Origin: an uncultured Chloroflexia bacterium
GTDB taxonomy: Bacteria > Chloroflexota > Limnocylindria > Limnocylindrales > CSP1-4
Direction of reading: 5' to 3'
Assembly: GCA_963705425.1 (NCBI GenBank)
Contig: CAVPJO010000012.1
Coordinates: 74,361 to 138,360 of the forward strand
DNA length: 64,000 bases
Made by a program: the position numbers and the translations under genes. Every line of letters begins with the position of its first letter. Within the stretch, counting starts at the first letter, position 1. The notes under the pieces were generated by a model, which searched no databases, was not told the origin of the DNA, and saw nothing but the letters and a program-made list of their open reading frames with translations. This document shows positions 1 to 9,856 of the stretch, one piece after another.

Positions 1-333
1 GCCGCCGCCGTGATCATCCCCGTCGGCGAGGAGCTCTTCTTCCGCGGCTTCGCCCTGACCGCGTGGCTGCGGGACCTCGGTCCACGCTCGGCCCTCATCC
101 GCTCGTCGCTCTTCTTCGCGCTCGTGCACACCGCGAACATCAGCGGGGTCGGATTCGTGGAAGGGCTCAACCAGGCGGTGCTGCAGATGGTCGTCCTGGT
201 ACCGGTGGCCTTCATGCTGGGCTGGCTGTTCCTGCGCTACGGCATGGCCGGTGCCATCACCGGACACATCACCTACAACTCGTTGCTCTTGAGCCTGGCC
301 TACCTCGCGAGCAAGATCCCCGATCCCGTCTAG
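1..333 (+). CDS. CPBP-family intramembrane protease (CAAX protease/Abi family), C-terminal part; 5' end lies outside the window
   Basis: ORF 10..333 carries EELFFRG (EExxxR), FFALVHTAN (FxxxH) and GHITYN motifs in a hydrophobic context. The frame is open to the window edge. Confidence 0.75.
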   Translation, partial: AAAVIIPVGEELFFRGFALTAWLRDLGPRSALIRSSLFFALVHTANISGVGFVEGLNQAVLQMVVLVPVAFMLGWLFLRYGMAGAITGHITYNSLLLSLAYLASKIPDPV

Positions 334-522
334 CGCCCCGACTCGTCCCCATCACGCCCGCCAAGCGCGTGCGAAGTCCGCGTGAAGGGGCGCCGCCTAG
401 GCTGCGCGGTGCCTTCGGGATCGGGCGGCGGGGGAATTGGCGGGCTTCGTCGTCCGGACCCGGAGGCGCCAGCTTCGTCTGGTGGCTTGAAGTGCGCCCG
501 CCCGGCACGCGGGAGGAGCGGC

Positions 523-1242
523 ATGGCGAGCACGAGGGCGGAGCCGAGACGGCCAACGGTACGTGAGCTGCCCATGGCCGAGCGACCCCGCGAGCGCCTG
601 GCGGCGCGTGGCCCGGCAGGCCTCTCATCGGCCGAGCTCATCGGTCTGCTCTGGGCGTCCGGCTCACACGGGGCCTCGGTCGCGGCCATGGCTGAGGATG
701 CCCTGGTGCGCTGCGACGGCCTGGCCGGCCTGGCCACTGCGTCGCCACGTGAGCTGGAGCGCGTGCCTGGCATCGGTCCCGCGCGGGCTGCCCAGCTGAC
801 GGCCGCGTTCGAGCTGGGCCGACGTGCGGTCACCGATTGGCCGGCCGGCCGATGGACCATCCGTGGGCCCCGGGACCTGGCCGCGCGGCTCACCGTCGAG
901 CTCGGCCACCTGCCGCGCGAAGAGCTGCGGGTCGTGCTGCTCGACACGCGCAACGGCGTGCTGGCCATGCCCACCATCTATCGCGGCAACGTCTCCGCGG
1001 CCCTGGTGCGCACGGCCGAACTCTTCCGCGACGCCGTGCGGCTCCACGCATCGCGACTGATCCTCGCGCACAACCACCCGTCCGGAGATCCCACGCCCAG
1101 CCCGGATGACCTGCATATGACCGCTGAGGCCGTGGCTGCCGGGCGCCTGCTGGATATCGCGGTCCTCGATCATCTGGTCGTCGGCCATGGTGCCTGGGTC
1201 AGCCTGCGCGACCGGGGTGTCGCCTTCGAGCGCAGCGCCTGA
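523..1242 (+). CDS. radC: RadC-family JAMM-domain protein
   Basis: Frame of ORF 382..1242. N-terminal ELPMAERPRERL and HhH-like GIGPARAAQL, plus the JAMM motif HNHPSGDPTPSPDD. ATG at 523 is preceded by GGGAGGAG at 511-518. Classical radC-mreB-mreC synteny. Confidence 0.85.
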   Translation: MASTRAEPRRPTVRELPMAERPRERLAARGPAGLSSAELIGLLWASGSHGASVAAMAEDALVRCDGLAGLATASPRELERVPGIGPARAAQLTAAFELGRRAVTDWPAGRWTIRGPRDLAARLTVELGHLPREELRVVLLDTRNGVLAMPTIYRGNVSAALVRTAELFRDAVRLHASRLILAHNHPSGDPTPSPDDLHMTAEAVAAGRLLDIAVLDHLVVGHGAWVSLRDRGVAFERSA

Positions 1243-1469
1243 CGCCGGGAGGCCCGCTCCGTCGAGCCAGCCGTCCCTCGGGAAACGCGTAGGCCCGCGT
1301 ATACTCTCGGGCACTGGAGTCGGTAGTCGAGGAGGGCTGCCGACGGGGTCGCCGTGGCCCCTCCGGAGCGGTGCGCCACCCCCTTGCCGTGTCGGGCGTG
1401 GTCGTCACCACCGAGCCAGCATGCTCGTGGCCCGGCCGGGCCACCGATGGAGGCCGCCGTTCGCCAGAC

Positions 1470-2528
1470 ATGATCGATGCATTCTTCGGCGCGTTCTCCC
1501 GCGACATCGGGATGGACCTCGGCACGGCCAACACGCTCGTCCACGTGCGTGGCCGCGGCATCGTCATCAGTGAGCCCAGCATCGTCGCGGTCGACACCAA
1601 GACCCACAAGGTCATCGAGATCGGTGCCGAAGCCAAGCGCATGGTGGGCCGGACCCCGGCCAACATCACGGTCATCCGGCCCCTGCGTGACGGTGTCATC
1701 AGCGACTTCGACGTCACCGAACAGATGATCAAGTACTTCGTCCAGCGAGTGCATGACCGTGTCGGTCTGGTGCCGCGACCGCGCATGCTGCTGGGCATCC
1801 CCAGCGGTGTCACCGAGGTCGAACGGCGTGCCGTCCGGGACGCGGCCTTGAACGCAGGTGCGCGCTGGGCGCGGCTCATCGAGGAACCCATGGCTGCGGC
1901 CATCGGCGCCGGACTACCCATCAGCGAGCCCAGCGGCAACCTCATCGTCGACATCGGTGGCGGCACCACCGAAGTGGCCGTGATCTCGCTCGGCGGCATC
2001 GTCGTCAGCCGCAGCGTCCGCGTCGGTGGTGACGAGCTCGACGAGGACGTCATCGCCTACGCCCGTCGCGAATACAACCTGCTGGTGGGGGAGCGCACCG
2101 CCGAGGACATCAAGATCGCGGTCGGCTCCGCCTATCCCGGCGCCCACGACAAGCAACACGTGAGCATGCGTGGCCGTGATCTCCTGACCGGCTTGCCGCG
2201 CTTCGTGGAGATCACCGCGGAACAGGTGCGCGAAGCCATCGATGCCTCGCTGGCCCAGATCGTGAGCACCATCAAGGACACCATCGAGGAGACTCCTCCG
2301 GAGCTCGTGGCCGACATCGTCGACCAGGGCATCGTGCTCGCCGGCGGCGGCGCCCTGTTACAGGGTCTCGACCGTCGCATCGCCGAAGCGACGCAGATGC
2401 CCGTGCACATCGCCGACGACCCGCTGACCTGCGTGGCCCGCGGCACCGGTGTGGTGCTCGAGTCCATCGATGCCCCGTTCATGGAGCGAGCGCTCGTGGC
2501 CGAGACGTACTCGAGGCCACCGCGCTAG
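1470..2528 (+). CDS. mreB: Rod-shape-determining actin homologue MreB
   Basis: Frame of ORF 1371..2528. MIDAFFGAFSRDIGMDLGTANTLV, DIGGGTTEVAVISLGG and GIVLAGGGALL are canonical MreB phosphate/adenosine motifs. Start placed at ATG 1470 by N-terminal homology. Confidence 0.95.
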   Translation: MIDAFFGAFSRDIGMDLGTANTLVHVRGRGIVISEPSIVAVDTKTHKVIEIGAEAKRMVGRTPANITVIRPLRDGVISDFDVTEQMIKYFVQRVHDRVGLVPRPRMLLGIPSGVTEVERRAVRDAALNAGARWARLIEEPMAAAIGAGLPISEPSGNLIVDIGGGTTEVAVISLGGIVVSRSVRVGGDELDEDVIAYARREYNLLVGERTAEDIKIAVGSAYPGAHDKQHVSMRGRDLLTGLPRFVEITAEQVREAIDASLAQIVSTIKDTIEETPPELVADIVDQGIVLAGGGALLQGLDRRIAEATQMPVHIADDPLTCVARGTGVVLESIDAPFMERALVAETYSRPPR

Positions 2529-2535
2529 GCCGGCC

Positions 2536-3420
2536 ATGCTGCGCGACCGCCACGCCCGACGCCGCCTCATCGCCTTCGTGGTCCTGGTCGGTCTGAGCCT
2601 GGTCATGCTTGCGGTCAGCGGCAGTGGCCCGGTACGAGAGCTGCGCAATGGCGTGAAGTTCGCCATCGCCCCAGTACAGGACACGCTCTCGGATGGCACG
2701 CGCTCCATGACTTCGGTGTTGGGCGCCATCACCGAGGTCGACACCTTGCGTCGTGAGAACGAGGAGCTCTCCCAGGCGGTCTCCCGGCTCGAGGAGCAGC
2801 TCGCTTCGCTCGAGGCGCTGCGCGAGGAGAACCAGAAGCTTGCCAAGCAGCTACGCACCAAGAAGGACCTCGAGCCGGAGACCTCGACCGTGGCCGCCAC
2901 CGTGACCGCGCACAACGCCTCGCAGTTCGAGCGGCTGGTGACCATCGATCGTGGCTCCGAGTCGGGCATCCTCCAAGGCGACCCCATGCTCGGGTCGGGC
3001 GGAGCGCTGGCTGGCCGCGTCACGGAGGTGGGCCGAGGCTGGGCCGAGGTGATGCTCATCTCGGATTCGAGGTTCCTCGTGGCCGGACAGGACAACCGCA
3101 CCGGTGCCACCGGCAATGTCGTGGGCCGGCTCGCAGCACCGCTGGCCATGACCGAGATCCCCCGTGACGACAAGATCTCCGAGCGTGACCTGATCGTCAC
3201 GCTGGGGGCCCGGATCGGCAAGGGCTTCAGGCCGGCCTATCCCCCGGGGCTGCCCATCGGTCGCGTGGTCGATGTCATCGACCGTGCGGACAACGTGGTC
3301 AAGACCGCGCTGGTCGTGCCCCTGGCCGATCTCGAGCACCTCGAGCACGTGCTCGTGGTGGTAGAGGGCCGGGAATCCCGGCGCGCTGCCGGAGAGGGCG
3401 AGGCGGCGACGGAACAATGA
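2536..3420 (+). CDS. mreC: Rod-shape-determining protein MreC
   Basis: Frame of ORF 2449..3420. Basic N-terminus plus one TM (RRRLIAFVVLVGLSLVMLAV), a coiled coil (LRRENEELSQAVSRLEEQLASLEALREENQKL), then a beta-barrel region. Sits immediately downstream of mreB. Confidence 0.85.
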   Translation: MLRDRHARRRLIAFVVLVGLSLVMLAVSGSGPVRELRNGVKFAIAPVQDTLSDGTRSMTSVLGAITEVDTLRRENEELSQAVSRLEEQLASLEALREENQKLAKQLRTKKDLEPETSTVAATVTAHNASQFERLVTIDRGSESGILQGDPMLGSGGALAGRVTEVGRGWAEVMLISDSRFLVAGQDNRTGATGNVVGRLAAPLAMTEIPRDDKISERDLIVTLGARIGKGFRPAYPPGLPIGRVVDVIDRADNVVKTALVVPLADLEHLEHVLVVVEGRESRRAAGEGEAATEQ

Positions 3421-5454
3421 GGGCCGATATCGGGGGCCAGGTACGTCCACCGCTCGGGGTCGTTTGCGAGCGGGTTTGCGAGCCCTTGACGGTGGGACCA
3501 TCCGGACGCTCGGACGGTGACCTTCTCGGCATGGCCCAAGCTCGTGCAGTGGCACAACCTTGGCCGTACATGGCCGCACATCACCGTCCCGCCGCCCAGC
3601 CCTCGCGCTCGCATGGGACCGCGCGTCGCCGGGACGCGCTGCGGCTGCTCGCCGTGGTCCTCTCGGTGGTCGCGCTGATACTCACGAGCTCGGCGCTGAA
3701 CTGGGTGACCGAGGCCAGCGCCGCAGACGACCCGGCACCGCCCAAGAAGGCCGTCGTCGTCTCAGGCCCGGTGCACAGCTACACGGCCAAGTACAAGGGC
3801 TACGCCAAGGCCATCGCCAACGCAGCCGAGGCCCAGGGCATGGCCGTGACGCGGATCTTCCATCCATACGCGCCTGCCTCCCGTGTCAAGCAAGCCGCGC
3901 AGGGTGCCGACCTGTTCGTCTACGTCGGTCACGGCAACGGCTGGCCGAGCGCCTACGGCCCCTTCCAGGAGGACACCAAGAACGGACTCGGACTCGACGC
4001 CGCGGATCCTGCCAAGCGTGCCCCGGACAAGGTCATCTACAAGGGTGCCAACTGGCTGCGGGACAACATCGAGCTCGCGCCCGATGCCGTGGTCATCCTC
4101 TCCCACCTTTCCTACGCCTCTGGCAACGCCTCCTCGGGCATGGCCATCCCCACTCGCAAGGTGGCCGTCCAGCGCGTCGACAACTTCGCCAACGGCTTCC
4201 TGTCCATCGGCGCTCGCGTGGTCTGGGCGCTCGGCTGGCAGCCCGGTGCCGATGTCGTGGATGCGCTCTACGAGGAGGACGCCACCATGGACGCCGTCTT
4301 CATGACCCAGTACCGCAGCGGCGTCAACCCGCTCAACGGCTGGATCGGCCACGACCCCGGTTACTACGACTCGGCGCGCATCCCGGGTGCGCGGGTCCAC
4401 ATCGATCCCGATCCCAGCTACGGCTACCTGCGCGGCATCACCGGCGACCTGGGCTTCACCACCACCGAGTGGCGAGATGCCGCGGCGCTGCCCGAGGACA
4501 CGCAGGCGCCGGTCGTCAGCGGGGTCAGCGCCGACCAGGCCGCCGTCACCGTGGCCACGAGCGACCCGAGTGTGCCGGTCTTCACGCCCAACGGCGATGG
4601 CCTCAGCGACACCGTCACCATCTCGCACAAGCTCTCCGAGTCTGCCTTCCTGGAGGTCAAGATCAAGAGGGATGGCAAGGTCGTGCGCCTGTGGTCGACC
4701 TGGTCCCTGAAGGGTCGGGGCAGCGTCGTCTGGGATGGCCGCAGCGACGACGGGAGCTACGTGGACGAAGGCCGGTACCGGGTCTTCCTCAGGCCCACCG
4801 ACCGCGCCGGCAACCAGGGTGAGCAGGCCGAGACGTCGGTGCGCGTGCTCAATTCGATGCACTCTCCCACCGTCAAGCCGGCGCTGTTCTTCGCGGGCGA
4901 TGGCGACGAGCTGGCCTCCACCTCGGCGCTGAAGGCCAAGCTCACCCGCGACGCCACGGTCAGCTGGATCATTCGCGACCGGGCCGGCAAGGTCGTGCGT
5001 CGCGGCATCGACCAGGCGGACTGGGCGCCGGGCGATGTGCGTTTCGTGTGGGACGGCAAGGACGACAGCGGCGCCTACGTGCCCGAGGGTCGCTATCGCG
5101 CCCGCATCCGCGTGTCCCGTCCGCAGGGCAGCTACGCCCACGATGTGACCGTGCGCATGATGTCGTACCAGCTGTGGGCCTCGAGGTGGTCACTGCGCCG
5201 CGGTGAGACCGTGACCTTGACGTTCACCTCGGCCGAGCCCTTGAAGCGCAAGCCGACCGTGACCGCCAACCAGCCGGGCATCGCCAAGTACGCCGTGCCC
5301 GCCACCAAGATCTCGCAAGCTCAGCGCGACCAAGTTCAAGGTCACGCTCAAGACCCGCACGCAGGGCAAGGCCGGCGCCATGAAGGTCCGTATCCTGGGC
5401 ACCGACAGCGGTGGCCAGCAGCAGGCCCGGGTCTTCACGCTCAAATTGCGCTGA
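3417..5454 (+). CDS. Bitopic membrane/secreted protein with tandem FlgD-Ig-like repeats and an N-terminal gingipain-like (caspase-fold?) region; reading frame interrupted near 5314
   Basis: ATG 3417 overlaps the mreC stop (ATGA). TM segment LRLLAVVLSVVALILTS. Repeats of the type FTPNGDGLSDTVTISHKL...WDGRSDDGSYVDEGRYRV. The frame-0 tail after ...VPATKIS is junk-like. Frame 1 continues as KLSATKFKVTLKTRTQGKAGAMKVRILGTDSGGQQQARVFTLKLR and stops at 5452-5454. Alternative starts at 3531 and 3570. Confidence 0.6.
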
Positions 5455-5487
5455 GCTCAGGGCTCGCCCGACCCGCTGCAGCACCGA

Positions 5488-5493
5488 TAGACT
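5488..5493 (+). promoter_or_regulatory. TAGACT -10-like box upstream of ppm1
   Basis: TAGACT lies 9 nt before ATG 5503. The same hexamer recurs at 20271, 21441 and 23873 in front of rmlB, the PPIase gene and mazG. Confidence 0.3.
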
Positions 5494-5502
5494 GAATGTG
5501 CG

Positions 5503-6300
5503 ATGACCGAGCACGTTGACACCGACCGCTATGCCGGCACCTGGGTGGTGCTGCCGACCTATGACGAGGCCGAGAACCTGGCCGGGATCTCCGCCGCCAT
5601 CCTGAGCGCCCTGCCCGGCGCCACGCTGCTCGTCGTCGATGATGCTTCGCCTGATGGCACAGGTGTGCTGGCCGACGCCCTGGCTGCCGATGAGTCGCGC
5701 ATCAAGGTGCGCCACCGGACCGGCAAGGAGGGCCTGGGCAAGGCCTACATCGATGGCTTCGCGGTGGCCCTGGAGGGTGGCGCCCAGTACATCGTCCAGA
5801 TGGACGCCGATTGGTCTCACTCCCCCGACTACCTGCCCGCGCTCATCGCTCCGCTCGAACGAGGTGCCGACCTGGTCATCGGCTCGCGCTACACGCGCGG
5901 CGGCGGCGTCCGCGACTGGGGCGTCCTGCGGCGCATCGTCTCGCGCGGCGGCTCGCTCTTCGCCAAGATCGTGCTCCGCCTGCAGCCCGGCGACCTGACC
6001 GGTGGCTTCAAGGCCTGGCGACGAGCTGCACTCGAGGCTGTCGAGTGGGGTCGTCTCCACTCAGGCGGCTACGTCTTCCAGATCGAGACGACCTACCTGG
6101 CCACTCGAGCGGGCGCCGAGGTGACCGAGGTGCCCATCGTCTTCAAGGACCGTGAGGTCGGTACCAGCAAGATGTCCAAATCCATCATCGGCGAGGCCTT
6201 GCTGGTGGTCCTCCAGCTGCGCTGGGAGGAGCTGCGCGGCCGTGGGCCGACGGCCACGCTGGTCAAGGACGACGACGAGAGCCAGGCCGCCTCTGCCTAG
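5503..6300 (+). CDS. ppm1: Polyprenol-phosphate mannose synthase (GT2, Dpm1/Ppm1-like)
   Basis: VLPTYDEAENL, VVDDASPDGTG, GKEGLGKAYIDGF, VQMDADWSHSPDYLP and DLVIGSRY are typical of the dolichol/polyprenol-P-mannose synthase catalytic domain. Confidence 0.85.
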   Translation: MTEHVDTDRYAGTWVVLPTYDEAENLAGISAAILSALPGATLLVVDDASPDGTGVLADALAADESRIKVRHRTGKEGLGKAYIDGFAVALEGGAQYIVQMDADWSHSPDYLPALIAPLERGADLVIGSRYTRGGGVRDWGVLRRIVSRGGSLFAKIVLRLQPGDLTGGFKAWRRAALEAVEWGRLHSGGYVFQIETTYLATRAGAEVTEVPIVFKDREVGTSKMSKSIIGEALLVVLQLRWEELRGRGPTATLVKDDDESQAASA

Positions 6301-6377
6301 TTGTGCGGACCCGGTTAGGCTGGGTCGTAGAGCACCCCGGTTCGTCATGACCGGGCCGAACGTGGAGAACCTGCGCC

Positions 6378-7778
6378 GTGAGTGCCGACGCGCCGCAGCC
6401 GGGACGGCTGAACATCACCATCGTCGCCGCCAACCCCTTCGAGTTCGATTCGCGATTCCTGCGTTCGGCGACCTCGCTGGCGGCCGACGGCCATCGGTTG
6501 CGCATCCTGGGCTGGTCGGCTCCGGGTCTCCCTTCGCGGGAGGAACTGGCGCCCGGCGTGGAACTGACACGGCTCGACATCGACCGTCGCATCAGCAATG
6601 CCCTCAGGCCTCTGCCCGAGCGCGTCCGTCGCGGCGTCTGCCGGCTCATCCGCCTGGACTACGACGCGCAGGTACTGCCGCCCGACATGCCACACGGCTT
6701 CGACCGCCTGCTGCACCTGGCTCGGCGCAGCCTGGAGATGATGGCCAACGCCCGTCGGGCCGGGCCCTGGGCCGACGCTGTCGTCGAGGCTGCTCCCGAG
6801 ACCGACGTCTTCCACGCCCAGTCGCTCATCGTACTGCCGGTCGTGCGTGACGCTGCGGATCGGCTGGCGGGCCGCTTCGTCTATGACGTGGCCGACTACC
6901 ATACCGAGGCTGCGCGGCTGGCCCGGATGCCCTGGATCGTGCGTGAGGTAGTGCGCCGCCGTGAGCGCGACTGGGCCCGAGACGGCGCTGGCTTCCTGGC
7001 CGTGAGCGACGCGGTGGCCGACCTGGTGGTGCGCCGCTGGGGCGTGCCTCGTCCGACCATCCTCCTGAACTGCCCGCCCGCCTGGCGCCCCAACCAGCCC
7101 GGCATCGTCGACTCCGACCGCATCCGCGAGGCCACCGGCATCGAGGCCGAACGGCCCATCGTGCTCTACCAGGGCGGTTTCTCCGTGGACCGAGGGGTCG
7201 AGGAGCTGGTTGCCGCCGCCACTGACACGCGCCTGATGGAGCGCGGCGCCGCGGTGGTGTTCATGGGCTACGGCCGGCTGGAGTCGTTCATCGCCGAGGC
7301 CGTGACCGAACACCCCGGCCGTATCTACCTGCTGCCCGCCGTCCGCCCCGACGACCTCATGCCCTGGACGGCCAGCGCCGACGTCACCTTCGTGGGCCAG
7401 CCACCGCGCACGCTGAACCAGAAGATGAACCTGCCCAACAAGCTCTTCGAATCGATCATGGCAGGGGTACCCGTGGTGGTCAGCGAGGGCAACGAGCAGT
7501 GTCGCCTCACCCGCGAGGAAGGCATCGGCGTGTGTGTCGACGTGGACGATCCCGCCGCTATCGCATCCGCCTGCGGCGATCTGCTCAGCGCACCGCTCGA
7601 GGAGCGTCGCGAGCTGCGTCGGCACTGCCGTGAGGTGGCCCTTGGCAGGTACACCTGGGACCGCACGGCCGTGGGGCTCGTCGAGCTCTACCGCAAGCTG
7701 GCCCGCGAGAGCGCACCGCCCCCGCGGGGCCACTCCATCCGCGCGGGCGGTTCGCCGCGCGATGGTGACGAGGCATGA
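6378..7778 (+). CDS. Glycosyltransferase family 4 (GT-B fold)
   Basis: C-terminal GT1/GT4 signature: LYQGGFSVDRGVEEL, then NLPNKLFESIMAGVPVVVS (the EX7E-type region). Confidence 0.8.
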   Translation: MSADAPQPGRLNITIVAANPFEFDSRFLRSATSLAADGHRLRILGWSAPGLPSREELAPGVELTRLDIDRRISNALRPLPERVRRGVCRLIRLDYDAQVLPPDMPHGFDRLLHLARRSLEMMANARRAGPWADAVVEAAPETDVFHAQSLIVLPVVRDAADRLAGRFVYDVADYHTEAARLARMPWIVREVVRRRERDWARDGAGFLAVSDAVADLVVRRWGVPRPTILLNCPPAWRPNQPGIVDSDRIREATGIEAERPIVLYQGGFSVDRGVEELVAAATDTRLMERGAAVVFMGYGRLESFIAEAVTEHPGRIYLLPAVRPDDLMPWTASADVTFVGQPPRTLNQKMNLPNKLFESIMAGVPVVVSEGNEQCRLTREEGIGVCVDVDDPAAIASACGDLLSAPLEERRELRRHCREVALGRYTWDRTAVGLVELYRKLARESAPPPRGHSIRAGGSPRDGDEA

Positions 7779-8623
7779 TGCGCTGGGCCGTGCGCGCGTT
7801 GGTGTTCGCGGTCGTCGCCGGCCTGGCCCTGGGCTCCGGTCTGGGTGTGGCCCGGGCGGCCGAGGGCGATCGCTCCATGGTCAGCCGCAGCCAGCTCACG
7901 CAGCGTCCCTACCGCGGTATCACGCTGGTGACGGTCGGCGACCGGGTCGTCTGTTCCGGTTTCGTCGTGACTCCGCGCAAGGTCGTGACCGCGGCCCATT
8001 GCCTCACCCGGGACGCCTCCAACGGCAACTACAAGTTCCGCAGGGGCCTGCCCGGCCGGTTGCGTATCTACCGCGCCTTCAGCTCTCGCTACGGCGGCTC
8101 CCGCTTCCCATCGTGCGGCGTCGCCAGGGTGTGGGCGCATGCCAAGTTCATCAAGCGGGATTCGTCCGACCGTGAGTACGGCAGCCGGGCCCATGACTAC
8201 GCCGTGCTCACCACCGAGCGTGGCTGCTCCTTCCCGCTGAGCGCTGTGACGCGCATGTGGGGCACCGAGGCCTTCGACGGCAAGCTGAACGTGGGCCAGC
8301 GGGTCGCTCTCGCCGGCTATCCAGCCGACCCACGCTACTCGGGCATGAACGGCCTGACCATGTGGCGTACCGAGGGTCGCGTCCGCCCGGTCGGAGCGGA
8401 CCCGCGCATGCTGGTCACCACCGGCTTCGTGGCCCAGGGCATGAGCGGCGCGCCGGTGTGGCGCTCGTTCGGTGCCAACTCACCCTGTGGTCGGTCGCAG
8501 TGCGCGGTCGGCATCGTCACGGAGTGCGCGGTCAACGCCAAGGGGCTGTGCAAGGCTGGCAACAGCGACCGCCTGGCGGTGCGCATCACGCCCCAGGTCA
8601 AGCGCTCCATCAAGAGGCGCTAG
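7775..8623 (+). CDS. Secreted trypsin-like serine protease (S1 family, V8/Glu-endopeptidase-like)
   Basis: Signal peptide MMRWAVRALVFAVVAGLALGSGLGVARA. Catalytic triad contexts VVTAAHCL, HDYAVL and GMSGAPVW. Its start overlaps the GT4 stop (ATGATG/TGA). Confidence 0.8.
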   Translation: MMRWAVRALVFAVVAGLALGSGLGVARAAEGDRSMVSRSQLTQRPYRGITLVTVGDRVVCSGFVVTPRKVVTAAHCLTRDASNGNYKFRRGLPGRLRIYRAFSSRYGGSRFPSCGVARVWAHAKFIKRDSSDREYGSRAHDYAVLTTERGCSFPLSAVTRMWGTEAFDGKLNVGQRVALAGYPADPRYSGMNGLTMWRTEGRVRPVGADPRMLVTTGFVAQGMSGAPVWRSFGANSPCGRSQCAVGIVTECAVNAKGLCKAGNSDRLAVRITPQVKRSIKRR

Positions 8624-8688
8624 CGAGGTCGGGAACTGCCTCTTGCGCAGCGCCCCAGGCCTGCCCTGGAACGTCACAGGAGCTGTGG

Positions 8689-9699
8689 CTAGGTGCGCAG
8701 GATCTCCTCGGTGACCTCGTCGGCGATGGCCTCGAAGTGCGGCTCGAGCGGCTCGCGCTTGGCGATGACGAGGTCGTCGGCACGCTCCAGCACGCTCATG
8801 CGGCCCTGCTCGACCAGCTCGCGGTCGACGGCCCCGAGCTGGCCTGCGAACGTGGTCCAGGTGGGCACGCCCAGTACCGCCGCCTCGCGGTTCATGGTGC
8901 CGCCGGCACTGACCATGGCGTCGGCCGCCCAGACCAGCGACGGTCCATCGACCGGCCGCTCGGGGATGATGACCCCGGCCGCAGCGGCGAACGACGCGGC
9001 CTGCTCCGGGGTCCGCGGCAGGAGCACCACTTGCGCGTCACTGTCCAGCAGCCGAGCCAGCACGTCGTCGAACACGGTGTTCTCGATGCCGCGGTGGTAG
9101 AGGCTCATGGTGGCCGGCGGCCGCAACACCACGATGGGTCGCTCGCGGTCCAGCCCGAGCTCGTCGTAGACGCTCTCGTCGGGCGAGAAGTCGGCCAGGG
9201 CCACTTGCTCCTTGAGTCCGTGATACGGCCGGTAGCGTGCCTCCGACAGCCCGTAGCCCGACAACGCCGAGTAGGGGATGACGTCCGGGGTCATGACCTT
9301 GTCGGCCAGCCGGAAGTTGATGCGATGCATGCCCGCCGCGCCTTCGTAGTCGTGCAGCACCGTGCTGTGCAGCCGCAGCACACGCGCGGTGATGGCCAGG
9401 TCGTTGGATCCGTGGCTGACCGCCTGGCTGATGCCGCGTCCGCGTCCGAAACGCATCAGCGCCGTGGAGCGCCGCACCAGGCCCAGGCCCTTGCCGGTCA
9501 CCGATGCTCCACCGTGACGGCCGATGACGGTATGGGCCATGTCGAAGCGCTGCAGCAGGCCCAGCGTCTGGGCGAAGTCGCGGGCGGTCACGACCGTATC
9601 CACGCCGGCCTCGTCGAGGCGCCGCAGCACGGGCCGGAAGAAGAGCACGTGCGGGGAGTTGGTAAGGTCGATCCAGACCTTCCGCGAAGGGGTAGCCAC
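8689..9699 (-). CDS. DUF354-family protein (predicted GT-B-like glycan biosynthesis enzyme)
   Basis: N-terminus KVWIDLTNSPHVLFFRPVLRRLDEAGVDTVVTARD matches the characteristic DUF354 opening. Divergent from wecB. Confidence 0.65.
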   Translation of the reverse strand: MATPSRKVWIDLTNSPHVLFFRPVLRRLDEAGVDTVVTARDFAQTLGLLQRFDMAHTVIGRHGGASVTGKGLGLVRRSTALMRFGRGRGISQAVSHGSNDLAITARVLRLHSTVLHDYEGAAGMHRINFRLADKVMTPDVIPYSALSGYGLSEARYRPYHGLKEQVALADFSPDESVYDELGLDRERPIVVLRPPATMSLYHRGIENTVFDDVLARLLDSDAQVVLLPRTPEQAASFAAAAGVIIPERPVDGPSLVWAADAMVSAGGTMNREAAVLGVPTWTTFAGQLGAVDRELVEQGRMSVLERADDLVIAKREPLEPHFEAIADEVTEEILRT

Positions 9700-9856
9700 C
9701 GAGCCTAGAGAGCCCCGAGTGCAGCGTCGCGAACGACGCCATCCGCTGCGATGGGGCCGTCGCGGTCGATGGGGGTCCAGTGGTCAGTCACAGCCATCGC
9801 ACTCTAGCATCGGCCGAGTCCCGGATGCGGCGCCGACGCCTCGTCGTGGGGATGGC

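Noticed and set aside
3417-3700. N-terminal ~90 codons after mreC considered as a separate small mreD-like gene.
   Set aside because: There is only one hydrophobic segment, whereas MreD is polytopic. The frame continues without a stop into the large extracytoplasmic domain.
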